A DNA stretch of 64,000 bases from Macrostomum lignano. Its lineage: Eukaryota. The stretch covers positions 173,593-237,592 of the forward strand of contig NIVC01001357.1 in NCBI GenBank assembly GCA_002269645.1, in the 5' to 3' direction. The position numbers were made by a program, and so were the translations under genes. Under the pieces are notes generated by a model. That model was not told the origin of the DNA. It made no database searches and saw only the letters and a list, made by a program, of their open reading frames with translations. Below are positions 24,180-37,599 of this stretch, piece after piece. Numbering within the stretch: the stretch's first letter is position 1; the number at the start of each line of letters is the position of its first letter.

Positions 24180-27100
24180 CCACTGAAGCAATGGCAGATT
24201 CCAACTGAAGGAATGGCTGATGCCTATTGAAGGAACTTCAGATGAAATGGCTGATTCCTACTGAAGGAATGGCAGATTCCAACTGAAGGAATGGCTGATG
24301 CCTACTGAAGGAACTTCAGGTGGAATGGCAGATTCCTACTGAAGTAATGGCTGATTCCTACTGAAGGAATGGCAGATTCCTACTGAAGGAATGGCAGATT
24401 CCTACTGAAGGAATGGCAGATTCCTACTGAAGGAATGGCAGATGCCTACTGAAGGAACTTCAGGTGGAATGGCAGATTCCTACTGAAGGAATGGCTGATT
24501 CCTACTGAAGGAATGGCAGATTCCTACTGAAGTAATGGCAGATTCCTACTGAAGGAATGGCAGATTCCTACTGAAGGAATGGCAGATTCCTACTGAAGGA
24601 ATGGCTGATTCCTACTAAAGGAATGGCAGATTCCTACTGATGGAATGGCAGATTCCTACTAAAGGAATGGCAGATTCCTACTGATGGAATGGCAGATTCC
24701 TACTAAAGGAATGGCAGATTCCTACTGAAGGAATGGCAGATTCCAACTGAAGGAATGGCTGATTCCTACTGAAGGAAGGGCTGATTCCTACTGAAGGAAT
24801 GGCAGATGCCTACTGAAGGAACTTCAGATGGAATGGCAGATTCCTACTGAAGGAATGGCAGATGCCTACTGAAGGAACTTCAGATGGAATGGCAGATTCC
24901 TACTGAAGGAATGGCAGATGCCTACTGAAGGAACTTCAGATGGAATGGCAGATTCCTACTGAAGGAATGGCAGATTCCTACTGAAGGAATGGCAGATTCC
25001 TACTGAAGGAATGGCAGATTCCTACTGAAGGAATGGCAGATGCCTACTGAAGGAACTTCAGGTGGAATGGCAGATTCCTACTGAAGGAATGGCTGATTCC
25101 TACTGAAGGAACGGCAGATTCCTACTGAAGGAATGGCAGATTCCTACTGAAGGAATGGCAGATTCCTACTGAAGGAATGGCAGATTCCTACTGAAGGAAT
25201 GGCTGATTCCTACTAAAGGAATGGCAGATTCCTACTGATGGAATGGCAGATTCCTACTAAAGGAATGGCAGATTCCTACTGATGGAATGGCAGATTCCTA
25301 CTAAAGGAATGGCAGATTCCTACTGAAGGAATGGCAGATTCCTACTGAAGGAATGGCAGATTCCTACTGAAGGAATGGCTGATTCCTACTAAAGGAATGG
25401 CAGATTCCTACTGATGGAATGGCAGATTCCTACTAAAGGAATGGCAGATTCCTACTGATGGAATGGCAGATTCCTACTAAAGGAATGGCAGATTCCTACT
25501 GAAGGAATGGCAGATTCCAACTGAAGGAATGGCTGATTCCTACTGAAGGAAGGGCTGATTCCTACTGAAGGAATGGCAGATGCCTACTGAAGGAACTTCA
25601 GATGGAATGGCAGATTCCTACTGAAGGAATGGCAGATGCCTACTGAAGGAACTTCAGATGGAATGGCAGATTCCTACTGAAGGAATGGCAGATGCCTACT
25701 GAAGGAACTTCAGATGGAATGGCAGATTCCTACTGAAGGAATGGCAGATTCCTACTGAAGGAATGGCAGATTCCTACTGAAGGAATGGCAGATTCCTACT
25801 GAAGGAATGGCAGATGCCTACTGAAGGAACTTCAGGTGGAATGGCAGATTCCTACTGAAGGAATGGCTGATTCCTACTGAAGGAACGGCAGATTCCTACT
25901 GAAGGAATGGCAGATTCCTACTGAAGGAATGGCAGATTCCTACTGAAGGAATGGCAGATTCCTACTGAAGGAATGGCTGATTCCTACTAAAGGAATGGCA
26001 GATTCCTACTGATGGAATGGCAGATTCCTACTAAAGGAATGGCAGATTCCTACTGATGGAATGGCAGATTCCTACTAAAGGAATGGCAGATTCCTACTGA
26101 AGGAATGGCAGATTCCAACTGAAGGAATGGCTGATTCCTACTGAAGGAAGGGCTGATTCCTACTGAAGGAATGGCAGATGCCTACTGAAGGAACTTCAGA
26201 TGGAATGGCAGATTCCTACTGAAGGAATGGCAGATGCCTACTGAAGGAACTTCAGATGGAATGGCAGATTCCTACTGAAGGAATGGCAGATGCCTACTGA
26301 AGGAACTTCAGATGGAATGGCAGATTCCTACTGAAGGAATGGCAGATTCCTACTGAAGGAATGGCTGATTCCTACTGATGGAATGGCAGATTCCTACTGA
26401 AGGAATGGCAGATTCCTACTGAAGGAATGGCAGATGCCTACTGAAGGAATGGCAGATGCCTACTGAAGGAACTTCAGATGGAATGGCAGATTCCTACTGA
26501 AGGAATGGCAGATTCCTACTGAAGGAATGGCTGATTCCTACTGAAGGAATGGCTGATTCCTACTGAAGGAATGGCAGATTCCTACTGAAGGAATGGCAGA
26601 TTCCTACTGAAGGAATGGCAGATTCCTACTGAAGGAACTTCAGGTGGAATGGCAGATTCCTACTGAAGGAATGGCTGATTCCTACTGAAGGAATGGCTGA
26701 TTCCTACTGAAGGAATGGCAGATTCCTACTGAAGGAATGGCTTATTCCTACTCAAGGAATGGCAGATTCCTACTGAAGGAATGGCAGATTCCTACTGAAG
26801 GAATGGCTGATTCCTACTGAAGGAATGGCTGATTCCTACTAAAGGAATGGCAGATTCCTACTGAAGGAATGGCAGATTCCAACTGAAGGAATGGCTGATT
26901 CCTACTGAAGGAATGGCAGATGCCTACTGAAGGAACTTCAGATGGAATGGCAGATTCCTACTGAAGGAATGGCAGATGCCTACTGAAGGAACTTCAGATG
27001 GAATGGCAGATTCCTACTGAAGGAATGGCAGATGCCTACTGAAGGAACTTCAGATGGAATGGCAGATTCCTACTGAAGGAATGGCAGATTCCTACTGAAG

Positions 27101-30100
27101 GAATGGCAGATTCCTACTGAAGGAATGGCTGATTCCTACTGAAGGAATGGCTGATTCCTACTGATGGAATGGCAGATTCCTACTGAAGGAATGGCAGATT
27201 CCTACTGAAGGAATGGCTGATTCCTACTGATGGAATGGCAGATTCCTACTGAAGGAATGGCTGATTCCTACTGAAGGAATGGCTGATTCCTACTGATGGA
27301 ATGGCAGATTCCTACTGAAGGAATGGCAGATTCCTACTGAAGGAATGGCAGATGCCTACTGAAGGAACTTCAGATGGAATGGCAGATTCCTACTGAAGGA
27401 ATGGCAGATTCCTACTGAAGGAATGGCAGATTCCTACTGAAGGAATGGCAGATGCCTACTGAAGGAACTTCAGATGGAATGGCAGATTCCTACTGAAGGA
27501 ATGGCAGATGCCTACTGAAGGAACTTCAGATGGAATGGCAGATTCCTACTGAAGGAATGGCAGATTCCTACTGAAGGAATGGCAGATTCCTACTGAAGGA
27601 ATGGCAGATTCCTACTGAAGGAATGGCAGATGCCTACTGAAGGAACTTCAGGTGGAATGGCAGATTCCTACTGAAGGAATGGCTGATTCCTACTGAAGGA
27701 ACGGCAGATTCCTACTGAAGGAATGGCAGATTCCTACTGAAGGAATGGCAGATTCCTACTGAAGGAATGGCAGATTCCTACTGAAGGAATGGCTGATTCC
27801 TACTAAAGGAATGGCAGATTCCTACTGATGGAATGGCAGATTCCTACTAAAGGAATGGCAGATTCCTACTGATGGAATGGCAGATTCCTACTAAAGGAAT
27901 GGCAGATTCCTACTGAAGGAATGGCAGATTCCTACTGAAGGAATGGCAGATTCCTACTGAAGGAATGGCTGATTCCTACTAAAGGAATGGCAGATTCCTA
28001 CTGATGGAATGGCAGATTCCTACTAAAGGAATGGCAGATTCCTACTGATGGAATGGCAGATTCCTACTAAAGGAATGGCAGATTCCTACTGAAGGAATGG
28101 CAGATTCCAACTGAAGGAATGGCTGATTCCTACTGAAGGAAGGGCTGATTCCTACTGAAGGAATGGCAGATGCCTACTGAAGGAACTTCAGATGGAATGG
28201 CAGATTCCTACTGAAGGAATGGCAGATGCCTACTGAAGGAACTTCAGATGGAATGGCAGATTCCTACTGAAGGAATGGCAGATGCCTACTGAAGGAACTT
28301 CAGATGGAATGGCAGATTCCTACTGAAGGAATGGCAGATTCCTACTGAAGGAATGGCAGATTCCTACTGAAGGAATGGCAGATTCCTACTGAAGGAATGG
28401 CAGATGCCTACTGAAGGAACTTCAGGTGGAATGGCAGATTCCTACTGAAGGAATGGCTGATTCCTACTGAAGGAACGGCAGATTCCTACTGAAGGAATGG
28501 CAGATTCCTACTGAAGGAATGGCAGATTCCTACTGAAGGAATGGCAGATTCCTACTGAAGGAATGGCTGATTCCTACTAAAGGAATGGCAGATTCCTACT
28601 GATGGAATGGCAGATTCCTACTAAAGGAATGGCAGATTCCTACTGATGGAATGGCAGATTCCTACTAAAGGAATGGCAGATTCCTACTGAAGGAATGGCA
28701 GATTCCAACTGAAGGAATGGCTGATTCCTACTGAAGGAAGGGCTGATTCCTACTGAAGGAATGGCAGATGCCTACTGAAGGAACTTCAGATGGAATGGCA
28801 GATTCCTACTGAAGGAATGGCAGATGCCTACTGAAGGAACTTCAGATGGAATGGCAGATTCCTACTGAAGGAATGGCAGATGCCTACTGAAGGAACTTCA
28901 GATGGAATGGCAGATTCCTACTGAAGGAATGGCAGATTCCTACTGAAGGAATGGCTGATTCCTACTGATGGAATGGCAGATTCCTACTGAAGGAATGGCA
29001 GATTCCTACTGAAGGAATGGCAGATGCCTACTGAAGGAATGGCAGATTCCTACTGAAGGAACTTCAGATGGAATGGCAGATTCCTACTGAAGGAATGGCA
29101 GATTCCTACTGAAGGAATGGCTGATTCCTACTGAAGGAATGGCTGATTCCTACTGAAGGAATGGCAGATTCCTACTGAAGGAATGGCAGATTCCTACTGA
29201 AGGAACTTCAGGTGGAATGGCAGATTCCTACTGAAGGAATGGCAGATTCCTACTGAAGGAATGGCAGATTCCTACTGAAGGAACTTCAGGTGGAATGGCA
29301 GATTCCTACTGAAGGAATGGCTGATTCCTACTGAAGGAATGGCTGATTCCTACTGAAGGAATGGCAGATTCCTACTGAAGGAATGGCTTATTCCTACTGA
29401 AGGAATGGCTGATTCCTACTCAAGGAATGGCAGATTCCTACTGAAGGAATGGCAGATTCCTACTGAAGGAATGGCTGATTCCTACTGAAGGAATGGCTGA
29501 TTCCTACTAAAGGAATGGCAGATTCCTACTGAAGGAATGGCAGATTCCAACTGAAGGAATGGCTGATTCCTACTGAAGGAATGGCAGATGCCTACTGAAG
29601 GAACTTCAGATGGAATGGCAGATTCCTACTGAAGGAATGGCAGATGCCTACTGAAGGAACTTCAGATGGAATGGCAGATTCCTACTGAAGGAATGGCAGA
29701 TGCCTACTGAAGGAACTTCAGATGGAATGGCAGATTCCTACTGAAGGAATGGCAGATTCCTACTGAAGGAATGGCAGATTCCTACTGAAGGAATGGCTGA
29801 TTCCTACTGAAGGAATGGCTGATTCCTACTGATGGAATGGCAGATTCCTACTGAAGGAATGGCAGATTCCTACTGAAGGAATGGCTGATTCCTACTGATG
29901 GAATGGCAGATTCCTACTGAAGGAATGGCTGATTCCTACTGAAGGAATGGCTGATTCCTACTGATGGAATGGCAGATTCCTACTGAAGGAATGGCAGATT
30001 CCTACTGAAGGAATGGCAGATGCCTACTGAAGGAACTTCAGATGGAATGGCAGATTCCTACTGAAGGAATGGCAGATTCCTACTGAAGGAATGGCAGATT

Positions 30101-30425
30101 CCTACTGAAGGAATGGCAGATGCCTACTGAAGGAACTTCAGATGGAATGGCAGATTCCTACTGAAGGAATGGCAGATGCCTACTGAAGGAACTTCAGATG
30201 GAATGGCAGATTCCTACTGAAGGAATGGCAGATTCCTACTGAAGGAATGGCAGATGCCTACTGAAGGAACTTCAGATGGAATGGCAGATTCCTACTGAAG
30301 AAATGGCAGATTCCTACTGAAGGAATGGCAGATTCCTACTGAAGGAATGGCTGATTCCTACTGAAGGAATGGCTAATGCCTACTGAAGGAACTTCAGGTG
30401 AAATGGCAGATTCCTACTGAAGGAA
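24180..30425. repeat. 22-bp satellite array (~270 copies) with interspersed 34-bp variant units
   Basis: Unit GAAGGAATGGCAGATTCCTACT; variant GAAGGAACTTCAGATGGAATGGCAGATTCCTACT. Confidence 0.98.
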
Positions 30426-30886
30426 ATTCGGGAGAAATGGCAGATGCCGCTGAAGAAGGAATAGGATGCTGTATTGCTTGACTTAAGTAACTCTGAGCGG
30501 TAGTGTATTAAGCGAGTGTCTGAAGTCAGTAAGCGTCAGGAGTAAAGAAGATCTCTCAGCAACTCTGATTGGCTGGCCCCAGTCTAAGCCAATAGCCGGC
30601 AGTGGCAAGCCCTTTCGCCCTTGTTGAACATCTTAATTAGTTATTCGGATTGTAAAACCACTGGCGATCTGCGAACTGATTTTGTTGGCTGTAAATTTTA
30701 GGCTTGTACGATCCGTGTAATTTCGGTATTTCCCAGTCAAGTTCTAGACACAGTCACACAGGTTTGCTTAACTTCGGCTTCCGCGGACCGACTGTGGAGC
30801 GGCCGTCGATTGAGTCATCATCTGAATTGGAAGTCAACCGTGCTAACTTCCTGTTGCTAACGGTAGTTATTCTCTTAGTCTTACTG

Positions 30887-31170
<284 letters not shown>

Positions 31171-31339
31171 TACCTGTCTATTGGCTAAGTTTTTACTCAG
31201 TTCAGTCGGCACGCACTCACACAGGGTGTACAGCGGCCTTAACTCTCTAACCGTCAAGCATGTACACTCTCTGCCCCTGTGAGTTTAGCCTCATAGAATC
31301 CGCAGGTCAACCCCAAAATTACGCTCCTAGTATAGTATG

Positions 31340-31412
31340 GCCGGCTCCGGGGAATCGAACCTAAGGACTTGGCGCGACAGGAGGACGCGTTGCTGATACT
31401 CAATCTAAGCAC
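31340..31412 (-). other. tRNA-derived pseudogene or SINE head (Asp-like)
   Basis: Minus-strand B-box GGTTCGATTCC (31351-31361), CCTGTCGCG resembling the Asp anticodon loop, degenerate A-box. Confidence 0.4.
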
Positions 31413-31544
31413 ATGCTGCCACCGTCCATAGTAGTAAGATATACCAGTGAAAATAGTACTGCAAAGAACCAGTGGCACACGCAGGAATTTTAATTGGAGC
31501 AGGCCTAAGGGGACTTAAGAGACTTAACCCTAAGGGACGCCAAT

Positions 31545-32245
31545 ATTTGGTGCCTTGGTGGGCACCCCTGTCTCTTGTTTGGGCTCCCCTGTCTCTTGGT
31601 GGGCTCCCCTGTCTCTTGGTGGGCTCCCTGTCTCTTGGTGGGCTCCCCTGTCTCTTGGTGGGCTCCCCTGTCTCTTGGTGGGCTCCCCTGTCTCTTGGTG
31701 GGCTCCCCTGTCTCTTGGTGGGCTCCCCTGTCTCTTGGTGGGCTCCCCTGTCTCTTGGTGGGCTCCCCTGTCTCTTGGTGGGCTCCCCTGTCTCTTGGTG
31801 GGCACCCCTGTCTCTTGGTGGGCTCCCCTGTCTCTTGGTGGGCTCCCCTGTATCTTGGTGGGCTCCCCTGTCTCTTGGTGGGCACCCCTGTCTCTTGGTG
31901 GGCTCCCCTGTCTCTTGGTGGGCTCCCCTGTCTCTTGGTGGGCTCCCCTGTCTCTTGGTGGGCGCCCTTGTCTCTTGGTGGGCTCCCCTGTCTCTTGGTG
32001 GGCGTCCCAGCTGTCTCTTGGTGGGCGTCCCAGCTGTCTCTTGGTAGGCGCCCCTGTCTCTTGTTTGGGCGGCCCTGTCTTTTGGTTTGGCGCCCCCGTC
32101 TCTTGTTTGGGCGCCCTTGTCTCTTGTTTGGGCGCCCCTGTCTCTTGGTGGGCGCCCCTGTCTCATGGTGGGCGTCCCAGCTGTCTCTTGGTGGACGCCC
32201 CTGTCTCTTGGTGGGCATCCCTGTCTCTTGGTAGGCGCCCCAGCT
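31545..32245. repeat. 20-bp minisatellite (~33 copies)
   Basis: Unit GGTGGGCTCCCCTGTCTCTT, diverging at the right end. Confidence 0.95.
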
Positions 32246-33384
32246 GTTTCTTGGAAAAGGCCAGTGGAGGCGGAAAAAGTTGAGCTCCTTTCACTCGTCG
32301 AGATGGGCTATCTCTTTCATCTTGTTTTTTTGGAGAAGCGCAATTTTTATGCTGCCGGTGGAATTTTAGTGGGGATGATTGTGATGGCCACACGGCCGCG
32401 ACTGAATAGATGCAGAGCAGCAGCTGGACTAAATTTCTGGAAAAAAGATAGCGCAGTAAAAATTGTTCAAGGACATTTTCCTAAACGTCAGTTGCGCCAA
32501 GTATTGCGACGATGACTGCACAGGGGGAGTCCAAGCGTTGGACATTTGAAATTCTGGATGTGTCAACAAGCCAGCCTGCGCACTTCATCATAAATGCCCC
32601 CAGCGTAGACCTCTGTCTCTGGAGACCTCTCCATGGCAGGGCTGACAGGCTTAACCATACTCCCGGATAACTTATTGGTACCAGTTGCGGCTTAAGCCGG
32701 GGTCCTTGTCCCAATCCCGAACCTCGAGGTGCAAAGGTGGCGGAATGTGTCGGCTGGTCCGCATGCTGTCTCTCTTCTACCTATCTACTAATTTTATCTG
32801 TATCTGTGCAACTTGCGTGTAGAATTATAAGAAATTTACATCAGACATATAATTGGATTCGAAAATTTCGCGCGTCACTGGCCTATATGGCACTGTTGTC
32901 CCATTTTTTTCCTTTGATATCGGCCAAATGAAGCATGCAGAGTGGCTTAGAGATAGGGAGAGTTCCGAGGGAAGTAAGTCAACTTCCGCGGCCAGTCGGC
33001 CCCCATCCGGTGGAAAATGCCAACTGGTTTCCGCATACGGCACCTTGCCGCTGCCTTCTCTCTCCTTCTTTGCTCCCCGGGATCTTTCTGACGAATTTTC
33101 CGGTGGCCGAGAGAGGGAGAGAGCTGAGCGTAAACATCGGACCCAGTTTCTGCCGCATCCGCATCCGCTCCTCTGCCCTCGATCTTTCCCTGCCTGCTTC
33201 CGTTTCTGTTTGTTGCTGCGGGACTGAAACCTCTTTTTCAATCATTTTCCACCCGTCTGCACTTCTGCTTCTTCGGTGGAAAATTAAAAAAAAGTTGTTC
33301 CATCGCAAAAGATTATTCTGCTTTTAAAGGGATCGCATTGTATAGTCCTATAGGCTTCCAGTATTGACAGACAGCATTGGATAG

Positions 33385-33720
33385 GGCACCTGTGCATTAG
33401 GCTAAGGACACCTGTGCATTAAGCTAAGGACACCTGTGGATTAAGCTAAGGACACTTGTGGATTAAGCTAAGGACAATTGTGCATTAAGCTAAGGACACC
33501 TGTGCATTAAGCTAAGGACAACTGTGGATTAAGCTAAGGACACTTGTGGATTAAGCTAAGGACAACTGTGCATTAAGCTAAGGACACCTGTGCATTAAGC
33601 TAAGGACACCTGTGGATTAAGCTAAGGACAACTGTGCATTAAGCTAAGGACACATGTGCATTAAGCTAAGGACACCTGTGGATTAAGCTAAGGACACTTG
33701 TAGAGTAAGCTGAGGACACC
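33385..33720. repeat. 22-bp minisatellite
   Basis: Unit GCTAAGGACACCTGTGCATTAA. Confidence 0.95.
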
Positions 33721-33724
33721 TTTA

Positions 33725-34296
33725 GAGCTAATGGTAGGGCTGGCTACGGATACCTGTAGAGTAAGCTAATGGTAGGGCTGGCTACGGATACCTGTAGAGT
33801 AAGCTAATGGTAGGGCTGGCTACGGATACGTGTAGAGTAAGCTAATGGTATAGGGCTGGCTACGGATACGTGTAGAGTAAGCTAATGGTAGGGCTGGCTA
33901 CGGATACGTGTAGAGTAAGCTAATGGTATAGGGCTGGCTACGGATACGTGTAGAGTAAGCTAATGGTAGGGCTGGCTACGGATACCTGTAGAGTAAGCTA
34001 ATGGTAGGGCTGGCTACGGATACGTGTAGAGTAAGCTAATGGTAGGGCTGGCTACGGATACGTGTAGAGTAAGCTAATGGTAGGGCTGGCTACGGATACC
34101 TGTAGAGTAAGCTAATGGTAGGGCTGGCTACGGATACGTGTAGAGTAAGCTAATGGTAGGGCTGGCTACGGATACGTGTAGAGTAAGCTAATGGTAGGGC
34201 TGGCTACGGATACCTGTAGAGTAAGCTAATGGTAGGGCTGGCTACGGATACCTGTAGAGTAAGCTAATGGTAGGGCTGGCTACGGATACCTGTAGA
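33725..34296. repeat. 38-bp minisatellite (~15 copies)
   Basis: Unit GCTAATGGTAGGGCTGGCTACGGATACCTGTAGAGTAA. Confidence 0.95.
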
Positions 34297-34744
34297 GTCT
34301 GTAGTAGAAGCAAGACAATTACTGAAATGATTACATTGAGCAAAAACGGTCGAATTCAGCCCCCCCCCCCTACCGATTCGAGGCCGCTCTCCACTTTTGC
34401 TAAAGCTTCTCCTCTCATTCTTTCCCTATCAATCGAGTTCTTCCACTCTCTCCCCGCATCCTGGGAGAATTGGGCCGCTCATCTACACACGCCTCCCAGC
34501 TTCATCTTTGGCCAGCTCAGACTCTCCCAGAGCTTAGAGAAGTGGGCGAATAGGGGAGCGGTGGGTAGAATCAGGGGAGATTATTGACCCGAATGCTGTT
34601 TTCCCAGAGACGAAGAATCCGGTCGCTCTATATGAAAAGTATGCATAGCTTCTGACTGCACTGCTTTGTGTCAAACCCATTGGCTGACCAGCACTCCTGT
34701 CTTGCTGACAGCGTTTGCCCATTGCAGCTCGACTCTTAAGGGAG

Positions 34745-36600
34745 GAAGGAGCCTGAGGACAGGGAGGGAGGAGCCTGAGGACAGGGAGAGAGGAGCCTGA
34801 CGACAGGGAGAGAGGTGCCTGAGGACAGGGAGAGAGGAGCCTGAGGACAGGGAGAGGAGCCTGAGGACAGGAAGAGAGGAGCCTGAGGGCAGGAAGAGAG
34901 GAGCCTGAGGACAGGGAGAGAGGAGCCTGAGGACAGGGAGAGAGGAGCCTGAGGACAGGGAGAGAGGAGCCTGAGGACAGGGAGAGAGGAGCCTGAGGAC
35001 AGGGAGAGAGGAGCCTGAGGACAGGGAGAGAGGAGCCTGAGGACAGGGAGAGAGGAGCCTGAGGACAGGGAGAGTAGAGCCTGAGGACAGGGAGAGAGGA
35101 GCCTGAGGACAGGGAGAGAGGAGCCTGAAGGCAGGGAGAGAGGAGCCTGAGGATAGGGAGAGAGGAGCCTGAGGACAGGGAGAGAGGAGCCTGAGGGCAG
35201 GAAGAGAGGAGCCTGAGGACAGGGAGAGAGGAGCCTGAAGGCAGGGAGAGAGGAGCCTGAGGATAGGGAGAGAGGAGCCTGAGGACAGGGAGAGAGGAGC
35301 CTGAGGGCAGGAAGAGAGGTGCCTGAGGACAGGGAGAGAGGAGCCTGAGGACAGGGAGAGAGGAGCCTGAGGGCAGGAAGAGAGGAGCCTGGGGGCGGGG
35401 AGAGAGGAGCCTGGGGGCAGGGAGAGAGGAGCCTGAGGGCAGGAAGAGAGGAGCCTGAGGGCAGGAAGAGAGGAGCCTGAGGGCAGGAAGAGAGGAGCCT
35501 GAGGGCAGGAAGAGAGGAGCCTGAGGGCAGGAAGAGAGGAGCCTGAGGGCAGGGAGAGAGGAGCCTGGGGGCAGGAAGAGAGGAGCCTGAGGGCAGGAAG
35601 AGAGGAGCCTGAGGGCAGGAAGAGAGGAGCCTGAGGGCAGGAAGAGAGGAGCCTGAGGGCAGGAAGAGAGGAGCCTGAGGGCAGGGAGAGAGGAGCCTGA
35701 GGACAGGGAGAGAGGAGCCTGAGGGCAGGGAGAGAGGAGCCTGAGGACAGGGAGAGAGGAGCCTGAGGGCAGGGAGAGAGGAGCCTGGGGGCAGGGAGAG
35801 AGGAGCCTGGGGGCAGGGAGAGAGGTGCCTGGGGGCAGGGAGAGAGGAGCCTGAGGATAGGGAGAGAGGAGCCTGAGGATAGGGAGAGAGGAGCCTGAGG
35901 ACAGGGAGAGAGGAGCCTGAGGGCAGGGAGAGAGGAGCCTGAGGACAGGGAGAGAGGAGCCTGAGGACAGGGAGAGAGGAGCCTGAGGGCAGGAAGAGAG
36001 GAGCCTGAGGACAGGGAGAGAGGAGCCTGAGGGCAGGAAGAGAGGTGCCTGAGGGCAGGGAGAGAGGAGCCTGAGGACAGGGAGAGAGGAGCCTGAGGGC
36101 AGGAAGAGAGGAGCCTGAGGGCAGGAGAGAGGAGCCTGGGGGCAGGAAGAGAGGAGCCTGAGGGCAGGAAGAGAGGAGCCTGAGGGCAGGAAGAGAGGAG
36201 CCTGAGGGCAGGAAGAGAGGAGCCTGAGGGCAGGGAGAGAGGAGCCTGAGGGCAGGAAGAGAGGAGCCTGAGGGCAGGAAGAGAGGAGCCTGAGGGCAGG
36301 AAGAGAGGAGCCTGAGGGCAGGGAGAGAGGAGCCTGGGGGCAGGGAGAGAGGAGCCTGAGGGCAGGGAGAGAGGAGCCTGAGGACAGGGAGAGAGGAGCC
36401 TGAGGGCAGGAAGAGAGGAGCCTGAGGGCAGGGAGAGAGGAGCCTGGGGGCAGGGAGAGAGGAGCCTGAGGGCAGGAAGAGAGGAGCCTGAGGGCAGGGA
36501 GAGAGGAGCCTGGGGGCAGGGAGAGAGGAGCCTGGGGGCAGGGAGAGAGGAGCCTGAGGGCAGGAAGAGAGGAGCCTGAGGACAGGGGGAGAGGAGCCTG
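34745..36600. repeat. 22-bp purine-rich satellite (~84 copies)
   Basis: Unit GAGGACAGGGAGAGAGGAGCCT. Confidence 0.97.
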
Positions 36601-37599
36601 AAAACATGCAATCCGGAACCAAAGATAAAAATCAAGGCATGCCATCGAAGCGGAAATTCTTCGAGTAGAGCTCGAATCAAAGAATTAAGATGTCAAACGA
36701 ACAAAACGAGCCAGCAAAGAAATTTTATTGTTGAAAAGTCAAAGCCGAGCCAGTAATTGAATTGGTGAGTAAAAAAGGGATTGAGTCCGAGCTCTTCGCT
36801 GACCTTCGGCGACCCTCTGCGAGGCGGCATCTGAAGAGAAGATTGCTGCCTGAAAAAAAATTGAAATTCAGCGACTTCGACGAAAGAAGTCAAGGCTGAG
36901 CGAGATGGGGAACCCGAGGAGGTCTGGGATCGGGGATCGGGGTGGTGGGGGGTGGGAGCGGGAGATGAGACGACAAGGAGAGTTCGGCTAAAAATCGATT
37001 TTCTTGATGCTGGCCGGGCGTCTCCCTCCATCCGCTCCCTCCCCGGCAGTCCAGCGTGCCGATTGAGAATATAGGGGTGGGGGGGGGGGATTTCTATTCT
37101 CGAGTTCGAGACTCGGCCGCCCAGCGGCGACTCCCAATGTGTAATTATATTTGGCTCCCACTGTGCGCCTTCATTATCCGCCACTGGCAGGCGGAATACT
37201 CGGGCATGGAGCCATGCAGAGGCCAGTGCAGGCAGATTCGAACAGAGTTTCAATGTTGCTGCAGTTCATTCTCTGGCAAAATCAGAGATTCTTAGCGGAG
37301 GTTAAAATAAAAATAGAATATCTAGAAAGTACTATATAGGTGGCGAAATGTGCTGCTGAGTGTTAAAAATAAAGAGGTTGATCAGCTGCGGATGGGGTTG
37401 GAGCGACCAGCGAATCCCAATTCGGCTTATTATTATCCCTCTCATCTGCTGTAATTCCCCCCGGAAAGTTTATTTGCCAGCCGCGAGTTCGAGTCCCCCT
37501 CCCCTGGGAGAGGGGAGCGTGGAGATCTAGAGCTGGATCTGGAGTGGCCACTCTTCCTCAAAAGCCCCATTTTCAAACAAAGTTAATAACTTCTCTAAG

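Noticed and set aside
32240-33350. Possible retroelement or gene remnant
   Set aside because: Short ORFs on both strands show no RT, endonuclease or other motif I can support.
34534-36680. 600-700-aa ORFs on the minus strand
   Set aside because: All three frames are open because the 22-bp unit lacks stops; no splice or start context.
36600-37560. Structured ncRNA or ribozyme in the GC-rich unique island
   Set aside because: No hammerhead core, snRNA or SL-RNA signature recognised; may be regulatory or 5' UTR sequence of the NMDA receptor gene, unsupported.
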